57,698 bases of DNA, taken from the NCBI GenBank assembly GCA_016208585.1, contig JACQXR010000004.1:1-57698 (forward strand). Direction: 5' to 3'. The notes under the pieces were generated by a model. It was not told where the DNA came from. It ran no database searches and saw nothing but the letters and a program-made list of their open reading frames with translations. The position numbers and the translations under genes were made by a program. Below are positions 29,932 to 39,741 of the stretch, in pieces. Origin of the DNA: a candidate division TA06 bacterium (GTDB taxonomy: Bacteria > Edwardsbacteria > AC1 > EtOH8). Position 1 is the stretch's first letter. Every line of letters begins with the position of its first letter.

Positions 29932-30441
29932 ATGATCCAAGTATACACCGGCAACGGCAAAGGCAAGACCACTGCGGCCCTGGGGCTGGCCATGCGGGCC
30001 TCCGGGCGGAAGAAAAAGATATTGATGATCCAGTTCATGAAGGGCAAGGTCAACTACGGGGAACTGAGATCAGCCAGACTGCTGCCCGGCTTCACTATCA
30101 AACAGTTCGGGCGGCCCAGCTTCGTGGACAAGAAGAACCCGGCCCCGGCCGACATCAAGGGGGCGCAGGAAGCGCTGGACTTCGCGGCCAAGGCCATCGG
30201 CTCCAGGAAACACGACATCATCATCCTGGACGAGCTGAACGTGGCCCTGGACTTCAACCTGGCGCCGCTGGATGAGGTGTTGGCGCTGGTCTCCAAAATA
30301 CCGAAGAACTTGGAATTAGTGATCACCGGGCGCCATGCCCCCAAGGCTCTGATAAGACTGGCCGACCTGGTTTCGGAGGTCAAAGAGATCAAGCACTATT
30401 ACCAGCAAGGGGCGCAGGCGAGGAAGGGGATCGAATTTTAA
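29932..30441 (+). CDS. cobO: Cob(I)yrinic acid a,c-diamide adenosyltransferase (CobO/BtuR type)
   Basis: IQVYTGNGKGKTTAALGLAMRA P-loop, LMIQFMKG and ILDELN. The size, about 170 aa, fits the family. Confidence 0.85.
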   Translation: MIQVYTGNGKGKTTAALGLAMRASGRKKKILMIQFMKGKVNYGELRSARLLPGFTIKQFGRPSFVDKKNPAPADIKGAQEALDFAAKAIGSRKHDIIILDELNVALDFNLAPLDEVLALVSKIPKNLELVITGRHAPKALIRLADLVSEVKEIKHYYQQGAQARKGIEF

Positions 30442-30761
30442 AATTAAAAATTAAGAAATGCAACCCTTCGGCAATCTCAGGGCAAGAATGCAAAATGCAG
30501 AATAATCCCAAAAATAAAAGTTCAAATATAAAACACAAAACAACGACAGGAAATATTTTACTTTCAAGGGTCAAGGGCAAAACTATAAGGAAGCCAGAAA
30601 TTACAGGAAATTCTTATCCGCAGATTAACGCAGATGGTAACCATTAATTTTATAAACGATTTGAATTGATATTGGAAAATCTGTGTAAATCTGTGTAATC
30701 TGCGGATGTATCCGTCCTATTAAGGTAAAACAAAAATCAGCACATATAATCAAGGAGCTTC

Positions 30762-32123
30762 ATGGAAGGTCTGATCAAAAAAGCGCTGGGCAAGGGCCAG
30801 GCCGATTACCTGGAGATACGGCTGGAGGAGAAAACCATCACCGGCGTCACCTATGCCGGGAAGGAACTGGACAGCGTGGGGGCCAACGCCGTCAAGGGCG
30901 GAAACGTCCGGGCCCTGTACAAGGGCGGCTGGGGCTTCGTCTCCTTCAACTCGTTGGACGAACTGGATGCCAAGGTGGCCCAAGCTTGTCGGGCGGCCAG
31001 ATTAGTGGGCAAAGGCAAAAGCAAACTGGCCAAGGTCCCCAAAGTGACGGCCGTCATCAAGGTCAACTTAAAGGACGATCCCCGGAAGATACCGCTGGAC
31101 CAGAAGGTGAAGCTGGCCAAAAAGTACAACGGCATCATCACCGACTCCAAGGGCATCATCAGCTCCAGCGTCCGCTACGAGGATGTCTTCAAAAAACAGA
31201 CCTTCGCCAACACCGAGGGCACCTTCATCACCGAGGAACGGATGTACTGCGGGGCGGCCTTCGCCGCGGTGGCCAAGGACGGAGCCAACGTCCAGCGGGC
31301 TCACGACACGGTGGGCGGCACCGGAGGCTACCATACCGTGCTGAAGCTGGAATCAAAAGCGGAAGCAACAGTCAAGGACGCCCGGGATCTTCTCAAGGCC
31401 GAGAAGGTCTCCTCCGGCAAATACACGGTGGTGATGGACCCCAAGATGTGCGGGGTGTTCGCCCACGAGGCTTTTGGCCACCTGTCCGAGGCCGACTTCA
31501 TTTCCGAAAACTCCAAGCTGAAAAAGATGATGACATTAGGAATAAAGTTCGGGGTCGGCGCCCTGTCCATCTTAGACGACGCCACCATCAGGGGCCAGCG
31601 GGGGCATTACTGCTACGACGAGGAGGGGGTGGCTGCACAAAAGAATTATCTGATCAAGAACGGGATTTTAGTAGGGAGGCTCCATTCCCGCCAGACCGCG
31701 GGGAGGATGAACGAGAAGGCTTCAGGCAGCGCCCGGGCCATCAGCTACCAGTTCAAGCCCATTGTGCGGATGGGCTGCACCTATATCGAGCCCCGGGACT
31801 GCAGCTTCCAGAAAATGATCGGCGAGATCAAAAACGGGCTGTACGTAGTCTCGGCCTTAGGGGGCATGACCGAGCTGGAGATGTTCACCTTCTCGGCCAT
31901 GAAGGCCTATCTGATCAAGAACGGCAAGCTGGGCCCGATGGTCCGGGACGTCATCTTAACCGGCAACGTCTTTGAGACCCTGAAGAACATCGACGCCATC
32001 GGCGACGACCTGGAGCTGCACGGGGGCCTGGGGGGCTGCGGCAAGGACGGGCAGATGCCGCTGCCGGTCTCGGACGGCGGCCCGCACATCAGGGTCAAAG
32101 ACGTAGTGGTGGGAGGGAAATGA
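30762..32123 (+). CDS. tldD: Metalloprotease TldD
   Basis: HEAFGHLSE (the HExxxH motif of TldD) and C-terminal GGCGKDGQ..PHIRVKDVVVGG. It is paired with PmbA downstream through an ATGA overlap. Confidence 0.9.
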   Translation: MEGLIKKALGKGQADYLEIRLEEKTITGVTYAGKELDSVGANAVKGGNVRALYKGGWGFVSFNSLDELDAKVAQACRAARLVGKGKSKLAKVPKVTAVIKVNLKDDPRKIPLDQKVKLAKKYNGIITDSKGIISSSVRYEDVFKKQTFANTEGTFITEERMYCGAAFAAVAKDGANVQRAHDTVGGTGGYHTVLKLESKAEATVKDARDLLKAEKVSSGKYTVVMDPKMCGVFAHEAFGHLSEADFISENSKLKKMMTLGIKFGVGALSILDDATIRGQRGHYCYDEEGVAAQKNYLIKNGILVGRLHSRQTAGRMNEKASGSARAISYQFKPIVRMGCTYIEPRDCSFQKMIGEIKNGLYVVSALGGMTELEMFTFSAMKAYLIKNGKLGPMVRDVILTGNVFETLKNIDAIGDDLELHGGLGGCGKDGQMPLPVSDGGPHIRVKDVVVGGK

Positions 32124-33448
32124 AGATGAATAAGATAATAAACCAAATATTGGACCTGGCCAAAAAGAAGGCCGAAGCGGCTGAGGTCATCTTAGTAGAA
32201 GGGAAAGAGAGCCCGGTGGAGTTCCGCTCAGGCAAACTGCATTCGGTGGAACACAAGGAGATCAAAGGGGCCGGGCTGCGGGTGGTCAGGCACGGCCGGA
32301 TAGGTTTTTCCTCCACCACCGACTTCGACAAACTTCCGGCATTAGTGGACCATGCGGCAGCGGGCGCAGCCTTCGGCCAGCAGGCCGTGTTCAATTTTCC
32401 GGCGGGATGCAAACCGGCCGGAGTGAAGACCGTCGATCCTCAATTGGAAAAATTCACCCCCGCCCAGGCGGTGGCCGAGGGACAAAAAGCCTTGGGAATA
32501 CTGGCCCAAAAGGCCCCGGCCCTGAAATGCGATATTGGCCTGAACAAGAAATTCTATCATGTTTCACTGGCCAACAGCCGTGGGTTCTGCGGGGAGTACG
32601 ACAAGACCTCGTTCAGCTATGGCCTAAGCGGGGTGACCATAATCAACGGCAGCCTGACCTTCATCGAACAGGAGCGACGGAGGGGGAAACTGGACCTGGC
32701 CACGTCTGAGATGACCGCCAAAATGGTCCGGATGTATCAAGACGCCAAAAAAACGGCTAAGCTGGCTGCCGGGAAAATGCCGGTGCTGTTCACCCCCGAA
32801 GCCATGAGCCTTTTATGGATGTCCATAGCCCTGGGGGTCAACGGCAAGGCGGAGCAGAAGAAGACCACGCCGCTGCTGGGCCGGCTGGGCGAGAAGATGC
32901 TGGATCCCCGGATCACCGTCAGCGACGATCCGCTGCTGCCTTACGGCCTGGCCTCGGCTCCGTTCGACGACGAGGGGGTCTGCGGGGCCAAGCTGGACCT
33001 GTTCCATCAGGGCGGGTTCAAAAATTTCATTTACGACCTGCAGACTGCGGGGATCCTGGGCAAAAGGTCCACCGGGCACGGCAGACGCTCCTTCGGCGCC
33101 CAGCCTTCGCCCCAGGTCAGCAACCTGGTGATAGCAGGCGGAAAGACCAAGCTGGCCCAGATGATCAGGAACATGGACTCGGGCCTGATCGTCTACGATC
33201 TTTTAGGCGCCGGGCAGAGCAACATCATGGCCGGGGATTTCTCGGTCAACATCGGGCTGGGTTACAAGGTGGAGCAGGGGAAGATCGTGGGCCGGGTCAA
33301 GGACGCCATGATCGCGGGCAACGTCTACGATCTTTTGAAGAACAAGGTACTGGAGATCTCGTCCGAGACCGAAGCCATGGGGAGTTACGGCATTTCAACC
33401 AATACCCCGGCCATGCTGTTCGACGGGATGAACGTGGCGGCCAAGTAA
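32120..33448 (+). CDS. pmbA: TldE/PmbA metalloprotease partner subunit
   Basis: TldD/PmbA-family C-terminus (SNLVIAGG..GLIVYDLLGAGQSN..GDFSV) without the HExxxH motif. It is translationally coupled to tldD. Confidence 0.85.
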   Translation: MKMNKIINQILDLAKKKAEAAEVILVEGKESPVEFRSGKLHSVEHKEIKGAGLRVVRHGRIGFSSTTDFDKLPALVDHAAAGAAFGQQAVFNFPAGCKPAGVKTVDPQLEKFTPAQAVAEGQKALGILAQKAPALKCDIGLNKKFYHVSLANSRGFCGEYDKTSFSYGLSGVTIINGSLTFIEQERRRGKLDLATSEMTAKMVRMYQDAKKTAKLAAGKMPVLFTPEAMSLLWMSIALGVNGKAEQKKTTPLLGRLGEKMLDPRITVSDDPLLPYGLASAPFDDEGVCGAKLDLFHQGGFKNFIYDLQTAGILGKRSTGHGRRSFGAQPSPQVSNLVIAGGKTKLAQMIRNMDSGLIVYDLLGAGQSNIMAGDFSVNIGLGYKVEQGKIVGRVKDAMIAGNVYDLLKNKVLEISSETEAMGSYGISTNTPAMLFDGMNVAAK

Positions 33449-33509
33449 TAATAAATCAGAACACCGGAAATGCTTTAATTGTAATTTGCGGGGGCTTTGT
33501 TGCGCAAAT

Positions 33510-36224
33510 ATGGATATGAAATTTATCGCTGATTTGTCTGTGGCTGAAGAAATCGCCAAATATACGAAGACAGAGGGACCAAAGGATGAGGCAGTAAAGC
33601 CCATCCAAGCCCCGGTATTGGCCGAAGAACACACGCCCATTTACACTATGCACCGTTATTTCGCCAGAAGGCCGCACAATGTATTTTCGTATCTTATCAA
33701 GCATTACACCAAGCCGGGCGATATCATCCTTGATCCATTCTGCGGCGGCGGAGTGACCGTGGTGGAAGGCTTAAAGCTGCGGCGAAAAGTTGTGGGTGTT
33801 GATTTAAACCCCATGGCCACATTTATTACCAAAATGGAAGTAATGCCGGTTGATTTGGATTTACTGGAAGAAGGGTTTAAAAAAGTTGCAACTGCGGCAA
33901 AAGAAGACATTCTGGAGTTATACCGAACGGTCTGCCCCAAATGCCGCAGTAAAGAAGCGATTGCCGAATGGTATGAATGGAGCAACGTTTTTATCTGCGG
34001 AGGCTGCCATAAACCCATAGTTTTGGCGCAGGCTAAAAAGAAAAGCGCCGGCCGTTATTTGTGCGCCACCCCCAAATGTAACAGTGTTATTGTTCCATCG
34101 GCATGCGATAAAACCGAAGATGAATTGATAACCGCAAAATACCATTGCCATTGCGGTAAAACCGGCGAGAAACCGGCGGACGAGTTTGATAAAAGGCTAT
34201 ATCGGAAGATAGAGAAATCGTTTGAGGAAACGGTTCGGAAAGAAAAACTAAAATATCCCAAAGACAAATTCCCGGACGGCGATAGGCAAAGAGATGACGC
34301 GCTTTACCAAAAAGGCATAACCCACTTTTACAAATTATTCACAAAAAGAAATTTACTGGCCAATGCCAGGTTGAAGAAGGCTATTGAAAAAGTTGGTTTA
34401 GAAAGTAATGAAAAAGATATTTTAATTTTTTCGTTCAGCGCCGCCTTATCATGGACCTCTATTTTAACAAGCGATACCGGCCATGGCTGGCAACACCATG
34501 CGTATTGGTTGCCAAATATATCGTATGAGCTTAATGTGTGGGAAATGTTCGTCCAGCGTTTAAAAGGCGGCAATAATACTGTTTATAGGGGGAAGAAGTC
34601 GTCGCAGGAAACAATAGGCCAGTATGCCGTTTTTGCGAAAAACATAAAAGAATTAAAAGAAAAGAAAAAATCTTGTTTATTGCTTACTCAATCGTCCCAC
34701 AAATTGACCTTGCCGGAGGGTGTAGTTGATATTGTAATAACCGACCCGCCATTTGGCGGAAATGTTCAATATTCCGAATTATGTGATTTTTGGGCCGTTT
34801 GGCTTAAAGATGAACTCGGACTAAAAGGTGTAATTGACAATGCTGATGAGGCGATTCAAACGCGTCATTCCGGTTTTGAGGCCACCAAAACGGCAGAGCA
34901 TTACGAAAATATGCTGTACAAGGTGTTTAAGGAATGCCATCGTGTTTTAAGGCCGAAAGGTTGGATGGTGATGACATTTCACAACCGGGAAGTAGGGGTC
35001 TGGATGAGTTTGCAAAGGGCCGCAGTTAGGGCTGGTTTTAAATTGCCGGATGCCGGATTTGATAAAACCAGGGGAATGATTTATCAGCCTCCCATAGAAC
35101 ACTATACGCCTACTCTGCATTTACGAGCGCCTGGCTCAATGCTGGGCGATTTTATTCTTAGTTTCCAACGGCAGGAAGAGTTGCCGGAAATTGACAATAT
35201 AAAAGACACTTTAACATCTGCCGAAGAAAAAGATTTTCGCAACAAGGTTGAGGAGTTGATTGAGTTCCACGGCGGCGCTGACGAGAGCCTCTTAATGACG
35301 GGTTTAATCCCCTATCTTAATGAAAAAGGGCTTTTACACCGTTTGGCTAATTTTGATCTGCGCACTTTTTTAAACGGCCACTTTGTGTACCATAAAGATA
35401 AAAAATGGTATAAAAAGGAGATGGTTGACAGGGCTACCCAATCTTTAAAGCCCATGGACGCCATCCCGGCCGAACTTTTGACCGAGGGGCTTATCACCAG
35501 CTTTTTGCGAGAAAAGAAAATAGCCAGCCTTGACGACATATTGGTTAATATCTATTCAACTTTAGTTAACAGCCACAGGCCGGGCATTCAGGCCATCAAT
35601 GAAATATTGGACAAGTTTTGCGATCCGGTACAGTTAAAACGCGGAGAAAAAAGGAAAGGCAACCGCTACCGGCTTAAATCAGAATTGCCGGCCAGCACCG
35701 AAATAAAAACCGTGGAGGCTAAAATACAAACCACCATATTCGGCGATGACGAAATAACGGCCAATATCGGGCATAATGACGCCATTGCTTTTCTGGCAAA
35801 ATATGCCGCCCGGTTGGGTTATGATATACATGTTGGCGAGACGGAACAAAGGAAACTGCCTAATTTCAGGGACATATCGCATCAAATGCTTTCGGCGGTG
35901 GACTATGGGATAAACCCCAAGGCTTTTGATATTATAAAGGAAATTGACTTATTATGGATGAAAGGGAAGAAAATTATTGCCGCTTTTGAGGTAGCCACAT
36001 CCATTGATACCGCGGATAAAGCGATAAACGTTCGTTATAGAAATTTATTCGCTTCAATGCCTGGTCTGGAAATAAAAACATTTGTCATTGTCCGGGACAA
36101 GGATTATAAAAAAGCGGAAGAAAAACTTTATACGCCGGTAAATTTACAAGATGGTATTTGCGATAAAATAAAAATCATTAAGATAAGCGAGATGACTTTT
36201 GAAAACATAGAAAAGAAGGTGTAA
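33510..36224 (+). CDS. Large solitary DNA amino-methyltransferase-like protein with a DUF1156-like N-terminus, zinc-ribbon insert and nuclease-like C-terminal domain
   Basis: YTMHRYFARRPHNVF, then motif I ILDPFCGGGVTVVEGLKLRRKVVGVDLNP. Cys clusters are CPKCRS..CGGCHKP and CATPKCNS..CHCG. Motif IV VDIVITDPPFGGNVQY lies about 340 aa later. The C-terminus reads EIDLLWMKGKKIIAAFEVATSID..FVIVRD. The region is AT-rich. ATG 33510 is preferred over TTG 33486. Confidence 0.75.
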   Translation: MDMKFIADLSVAEEIAKYTKTEGPKDEAVKPIQAPVLAEEHTPIYTMHRYFARRPHNVFSYLIKHYTKPGDIILDPFCGGGVTVVEGLKLRRKVVGVDLNPMATFITKMEVMPVDLDLLEEGFKKVATAAKEDILELYRTVCPKCRSKEAIAEWYEWSNVFICGGCHKPIVLAQAKKKSAGRYLCATPKCNSVIVPSACDKTEDELITAKYHCHCGKTGEKPADEFDKRLYRKIEKSFEETVRKEKLKYPKDKFPDGDRQRDDALYQKGITHFYKLFTKRNLLANARLKKAIEKVGLESNEKDILIFSFSAALSWTSILTSDTGHGWQHHAYWLPNISYELNVWEMFVQRLKGGNNTVYRGKKSSQETIGQYAVFAKNIKELKEKKKSCLLLTQSSHKLTLPEGVVDIVITDPPFGGNVQYSELCDFWAVWLKDELGLKGVIDNADEAIQTRHSGFEATKTAEHYENMLYKVFKECHRVLRPKGWMVMTFHNREVGVWMSLQRAAVRAGFKLPDAGFDKTRGMIYQPPIEHYTPTLHLRAPGSMLGDFILSFQRQEELPEIDNIKDTLTSAEEKDFRNKVEELIEFHGGADESLLMTGLIPYLNEKGLLHRLANFDLRTFLNGHFVYHKDKKWYKKEMVDRATQSLKPMDAIPAELLTEGLITSFLREKKIASLDDILVNIYSTLVNSHRPGIQAINEILDKFCDPVQLKRGEKRKGNRYRLKSELPASTEIKTVEAKIQTTIFGDDEITANIGHNDAIAFLAKYAARLGYDIHVGETEQRKLPNFRDISHQMLSAVDYGINPKAFDIIKEIDLLWMKGKKIIAAFEVATSIDTADKAINVRYRNLFASMPGLEIKTFVIVRDKDYKKAEEKLYTPVNLQDGICDKIKIIKISEMTFENIEKKV

Positions 36225-36257
36225 TATTGTTTTATAGGTAAGCAGGGAAGGACAAAG

Positions 36258-36289
36258 AAAAAGCTGATGGCATTTGCCATCAGCTTTTT
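36258..36289. terminator. Bidirectional rho-independent terminator between convergent genes
   Basis: aaaaagctgatgg (36258-36270) pairs perfectly with ccatcagcttttt (36277-36289) across the loop catttg. A/T runs sit on both sides. Confidence 0.7.
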
Positions 36290-36309
36290 ACATACTTGCC
36301 GGTTTTGTA

Positions 36310-37974
36310 TCACACCTCTTGTCTCTCCAGCGCCTTCAGCCCCACTCTCAACGGCAAATAAATAGCCACGGCCGAAAGCAATCCAAAAATTCCCAGGGCC
36401 GTCAAAAGGGCGCCGCTGTAGCTTAAATTACTTTTCCATAAATTGGCGGCGTATAAATAGGCCGGCCAGGCCAGCACCACCACCGAGAGCCCCACGTAAC
36501 CCAGTCCGGCCAAAGCGGCCAGCAGGCCGCCCAGCCCCGAGGCAATGCGGCTGGGATTGCGTTCCTTGAAGTCGGGGAAGATGGCCCCCAGGCCCAGCGC
36601 CAGGCTGGTGATGGCCAGGCACATCAGGCCCAAAGACAGGTGGCTCAACAATCTCATTTGGGGCAGGGTGTTCAGTATCCGGTTGGAGAGTAAACTCAAA
36701 GTTTCGGTCAGGAGCAGGGCCACCGCCAGGTTCAGGGCCGATTTCTCCATCAGCAGTCTTTTGGCCGAGACCGGGGCCGAGCGCATCAGCCACATCATGG
36801 GGCCTTCCAAACTGATCACCGGAAATACGAACCGCACCGAGAGGGTGGCCAAAATGTACCCGGCAAAGGCGAAGTTCAAAAAGGCGATGGCCACCTTCCA
36901 GACCGGGAAGGTAAACAACAGGGGATAGGTCCTTAAGCCACCCAGGTAGATCACTAAAAGCGACAGGAAGATCAGGCCCTGGGCCCACTGGCCGGGGTCG
37001 CGCAGGAAGAGCAGAGCATCCTTGGCCGCGATGGGCAGAAGGCCGGCCAGCCGGGAGGCCGGTCCGAAGCTTTTAGTAAATCCCCGGTCCGGCGAAGTAT
37101 TGACCCGCCCGGTCAACGCGTGGTAATAGACCTTGCCCGCCAGCCAGGAACACAAAGCCCCCCAGAAGACGGCGGTGATAAGAAGCAGCCAGGCCATCTT
37201 CAACGCTTCTCCTAAAGCCGCGGGGAGCGGCGCCAGCACCAGCCGGGCCAGCCATGTTCCGGGCAGCAGCGGTGATCCCACCAACGCCAGCTGGGACAGG
37301 TAATGCTCCAGCTCGGGCATGGTGTCTATCTGGGCGATCACCATCCCCTTGGGCTGGCCGAACAGGAAGAAGGCCCAAGCCGCTAAAGCCAGGAACAATA
37401 ATAAAAACCCCAGCAACTGACGCAGGCCCAGGCGGGGAAATATTTTTATCAGAACCAGCAGCGCCGCCATCGCCAGGAAGGCCGGCAGCAGGGTGAAGAC
37501 CAGCAGGGCGGCCAGATAAAGCAGAAAGTGGAGCAGGTTCTGGTGCCGGGCCGCGGTCAAGGCCGCCAAAAGGGGCAGGCCCAGTATCAAAGTGGCCCAG
37601 GTGCTGAAGAAGAAGTTCTGCAGGAAGCGGTAGCCGAAAAGCTTTGACGGCTCCATGGGCGTGGCCAGCAGGTAGTCCACCTCCGGGGAATAGTACAGGG
37701 TGGAGAGCGAGGTGATCAGGTTGCTTAAAAAAAGCATCAGAAAGAAGGTCAGGAAGGAAGTGGACAACAGCCGGAACAGCAGGGGCCGCCCGATGTCTTC
37801 CAGGGCCAGCAAGTAAGCGAAGATCTTATAGAACAAAAAATACCCGCCCACCAGGAACACGGCCACGGCGAACAGGTAGGACGAAAGCTGCAGCAGGCGG
37901 CCCCGGCGCGGGGCGAAGATCTGCGAGGCCGAGGCCCGGAATAAGGTAGTTATAAGATGGAGAGGTAATGACAT
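36310..37974 (-). CDS. Large polytopic membrane protein, putative ABC exporter permease
   Basis: The protein is 554 aa and almost entirely hydrophobic helices, about 12 or more. It is the last gene of an operon containing an ABC ATPase. No specific motif was recognised. Confidence 0.6.
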   Translation of the reverse strand: MSLPLHLITTLFRASASQIFAPRRGRLLQLSSYLFAVAVFLVGGYFLFYKIFAYLLALEDIGRPLLFRLLSTSFLTFFLMLFLSNLITSLSTLYYSPEVDYLLATPMEPSKLFGYRFLQNFFFSTWATLILGLPLLAALTAARHQNLLHFLLYLAALLVFTLLPAFLAMAALLVLIKIFPRLGLRQLLGFLLLFLALAAWAFFLFGQPKGMVIAQIDTMPELEHYLSQLALVGSPLLPGTWLARLVLAPLPAALGEALKMAWLLLITAVFWGALCSWLAGKVYYHALTGRVNTSPDRGFTKSFGPASRLAGLLPIAAKDALLFLRDPGQWAQGLIFLSLLVIYLGGLRTYPLLFTFPVWKVAIAFLNFAFAGYILATLSVRFVFPVISLEGPMMWLMRSAPVSAKRLLMEKSALNLAVALLLTETLSLLSNRILNTLPQMRLLSHLSLGLMCLAITSLALGLGAIFPDFKERNPSRIASGLGGLLAALAGLGYVGLSVVVLAWPAYLYAANLWKSNLSYSGALLTALGIFGLLSAVAIYLPLRVGLKALERQEV

Positions 37975-38023
37975 CTGGCTGAAAATCCTAAAATTTTAAA
38001 CAATTTCAAAACTGTAAAAACTG

Positions 38024-38093
38024 GGAATTTGGAAATTCGGAATTTGGTAATTGGTGTTTGTTCAGTGTTTAGGATTTAGTATTTTGTTTGGTC
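38024..38093 (-). repeat. Degenerate heptamer array in the DUF4388-permease spacer
   Basis: Plus-strand units run ggaattt ggaaatt cggaatt tggtaat tggtgtt tgttcag tgtttag gatttag tattttg tttggtc. On the transcribed strand the gene stop (TGA, 38092-38094) is followed by TAA, TAA and TGA spaced 7 nt apart. Confidence 0.7.
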
Positions 38094-39651
38094 ATAGCCT
38101 CTCAAACTCGCTGTGCGACAGGGCCAGGATATTGTCGATCGGGAACAGCCAGCGGACGTCCAGCAGTTTCCGCTTGAGCAATGCCAGCCGGGGGGCGGGG
38201 GGCAGCTTCAGCGCGGCCGTGACCACTTTCTCGATATACTTCTCGCGGCCGCCGCGGCTGTAAACGCTGAAGACCTTCTCCGAGGCCTGCTCGGCCTCCT
38301 CGATGGCCATGGTCTCATCGGGCGACAGTTTCGGCTGGGGCAAGAGCAGCACCGCCTTCAAACTGACGAAGGTCTGGGGAATGGAGGAGGGCTTGGCGGA
38401 AAAGGCTCCCATTCCTTCTATCACTTCCAAAAAGCTGGAGGGGATGACGAACATTTTTTCTCCGCTCAACATCCGTTCCGCCTTTTGGGCCTGTTCCTTC
38501 AGTTTTAGGTGATGCCAGCGCAGGCTTTTTCCGATAAAATCTATTCCTCCAAAAAGGTTTAACAGCTCCGGCGGCAGGGCCATGATGTAGGCCAACCTCC
38601 GCAGTTCTTCGTCCCGGATCTGGGGCATAAAGGTCAGGCTCTGAATTTGCCGCTGATGCAGATAAAGGGAAAACTGGGGCAGGATCTGGCTTTGGTCGTG
38701 GATCGGCCAGCCGTTGACCAGGGTCTGGTCGATGGCCGACGAAAAGGACAGACTGCTGTTGTCCATGGGCAGGTTGCTGAGCAGATGGGAGAAGCCATCC
38801 AGGTTGGCGATGATATGGGGATGGTTAAAGGGATAGCGGGTGATGTTTTTGATCAGCAGCCCGAATTGTTTTATCAGCAGGGAGATGGTGCTGACCTGAA
38901 AGGCCGGATCGAAGGTCCGGACCGGCTGAGGCTGCAAAGAGGCCTCGGCCGGTTTCTCGGCCAGGCCCATCTCCAGCAGTTCGGTCAGGGCCTGGCAGGT
39001 CAGGAACTTGCCCAGGCCGCTGGAGGAGACCAGGCCGGAAACCGGCAGATGCTTTTGGCCCAAAAGTCCCAAGATATTTTCCTGCTCCGGGGTCAGCTCG
39101 GGGGGGCGGGGTTTGACACCGGCCTTGACGATGGCCTCCAGCGAGGGGATCTCCTTCTTGATCCGCAGCCATTCGTCCAGCCGCCGCATGCCTTCCAGCA
39201 AAAATCCCTCCACCGCCAGGCGCACCGGGTATTTGCTCTGGGTGTACAGCCGGGCCTGGACGTCAAAAACATAGTGCCCCTCCACCCAGGTAAAGATCTC
39301 GTCCATGATCTCCTGAATCTTGAAGCGGATCACTTCCTCAAAATCGTCCTGGGACAAAAAGCCGCGCTCGATCAGGATCTCCTCCAGCGGGGCCTTCAGG
39401 GCCTTCTGCTGCTCTTCGGCCTGCATGAAGTTGGTCTCGGATACCAGCCCGGTCTTGAACAGGTATTCGGAGATGTGCTCCTGGCGGCCCTGCTTGCGGT
39501 AAAAGCCGCCGGTGATGTAGCCCTGATCCAGATCAAAGGCGACTTCGTCGTCCCCCTGTTTCAGGGTCAGAACGCCGTTCTTGCGCTGGCTGGAGATCAG
39601 CTGTAAAATCTCGGGGATGCTGAAATCGGAAAGATTTCCTTCAAGTGCCAT
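38092..39651 (-). CDS. DUF4388 (PatA-N-like) domain protein
   Basis: The N-terminus MALEGNLSDFSIPEILQLISSQRKNGVLTLKQGDDEVAFDLDQGYI is the classic DUF4388 signature. The remaining ~400 aa have no motif I can name. Confidence 0.75.
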   Translation of the reverse strand: MALEGNLSDFSIPEILQLISSQRKNGVLTLKQGDDEVAFDLDQGYITGGFYRKQGRQEHISEYLFKTGLVSETNFMQAEEQQKALKAPLEEILIERGFLSQDDFEEVIRFKIQEIMDEIFTWVEGHYVFDVQARLYTQSKYPVRLAVEGFLLEGMRRLDEWLRIKKEIPSLEAIVKAGVKPRPPELTPEQENILGLLGQKHLPVSGLVSSSGLGKFLTCQALTELLEMGLAEKPAEASLQPQPVRTFDPAFQVSTISLLIKQFGLLIKNITRYPFNHPHIIANLDGFSHLLSNLPMDNSSLSFSSAIDQTLVNGWPIHDQSQILPQFSLYLHQRQIQSLTFMPQIRDEELRRLAYIMALPPELLNLFGGIDFIGKSLRWHHLKLKEQAQKAERMLSGEKMFVIPSSFLEVIEGMGAFSAKPSSIPQTFVSLKAVLLLPQPKLSPDETMAIEEAEQASEKVFSVYSRGGREKYIEKVVTAALKLPPAPRLALLKRKLLDVRWLFPIDNILALSHSEFERL

Positions 39652-39741
39652 CTTATTAGCTGTTAGCTGTCAGTTAGTTGTTAGCTGGACTGTATCCAGT
39701 AGCCGATAGTCAGTAGCCACTGTTTTCTGTTTAGCGTTTAC

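Noticed and set aside
30986-31975. 329-aa plus-strand ORF in an alternative frame inside tldD
   Set aside because: Its composition is extremely Arg/Gly/His-rich with no motifs. It is fully nested in the tldD frame, which carries the HExxxH signature.
32815-33519. 234-aa alternative-frame ORF inside pmbA
   Set aside because: Same reasoning: it is Arg/Gly/Pro-rich and nested in a gene with clear family features.
38647-39606. 319-aa ORF antisense to the DUF4388 gene
   Set aside because: It is a shadow ORF. It is Gly/Gln/Leu/Asp-rich, has no start context, and the opposite strand carries the canonical DUF4388 N-terminus.
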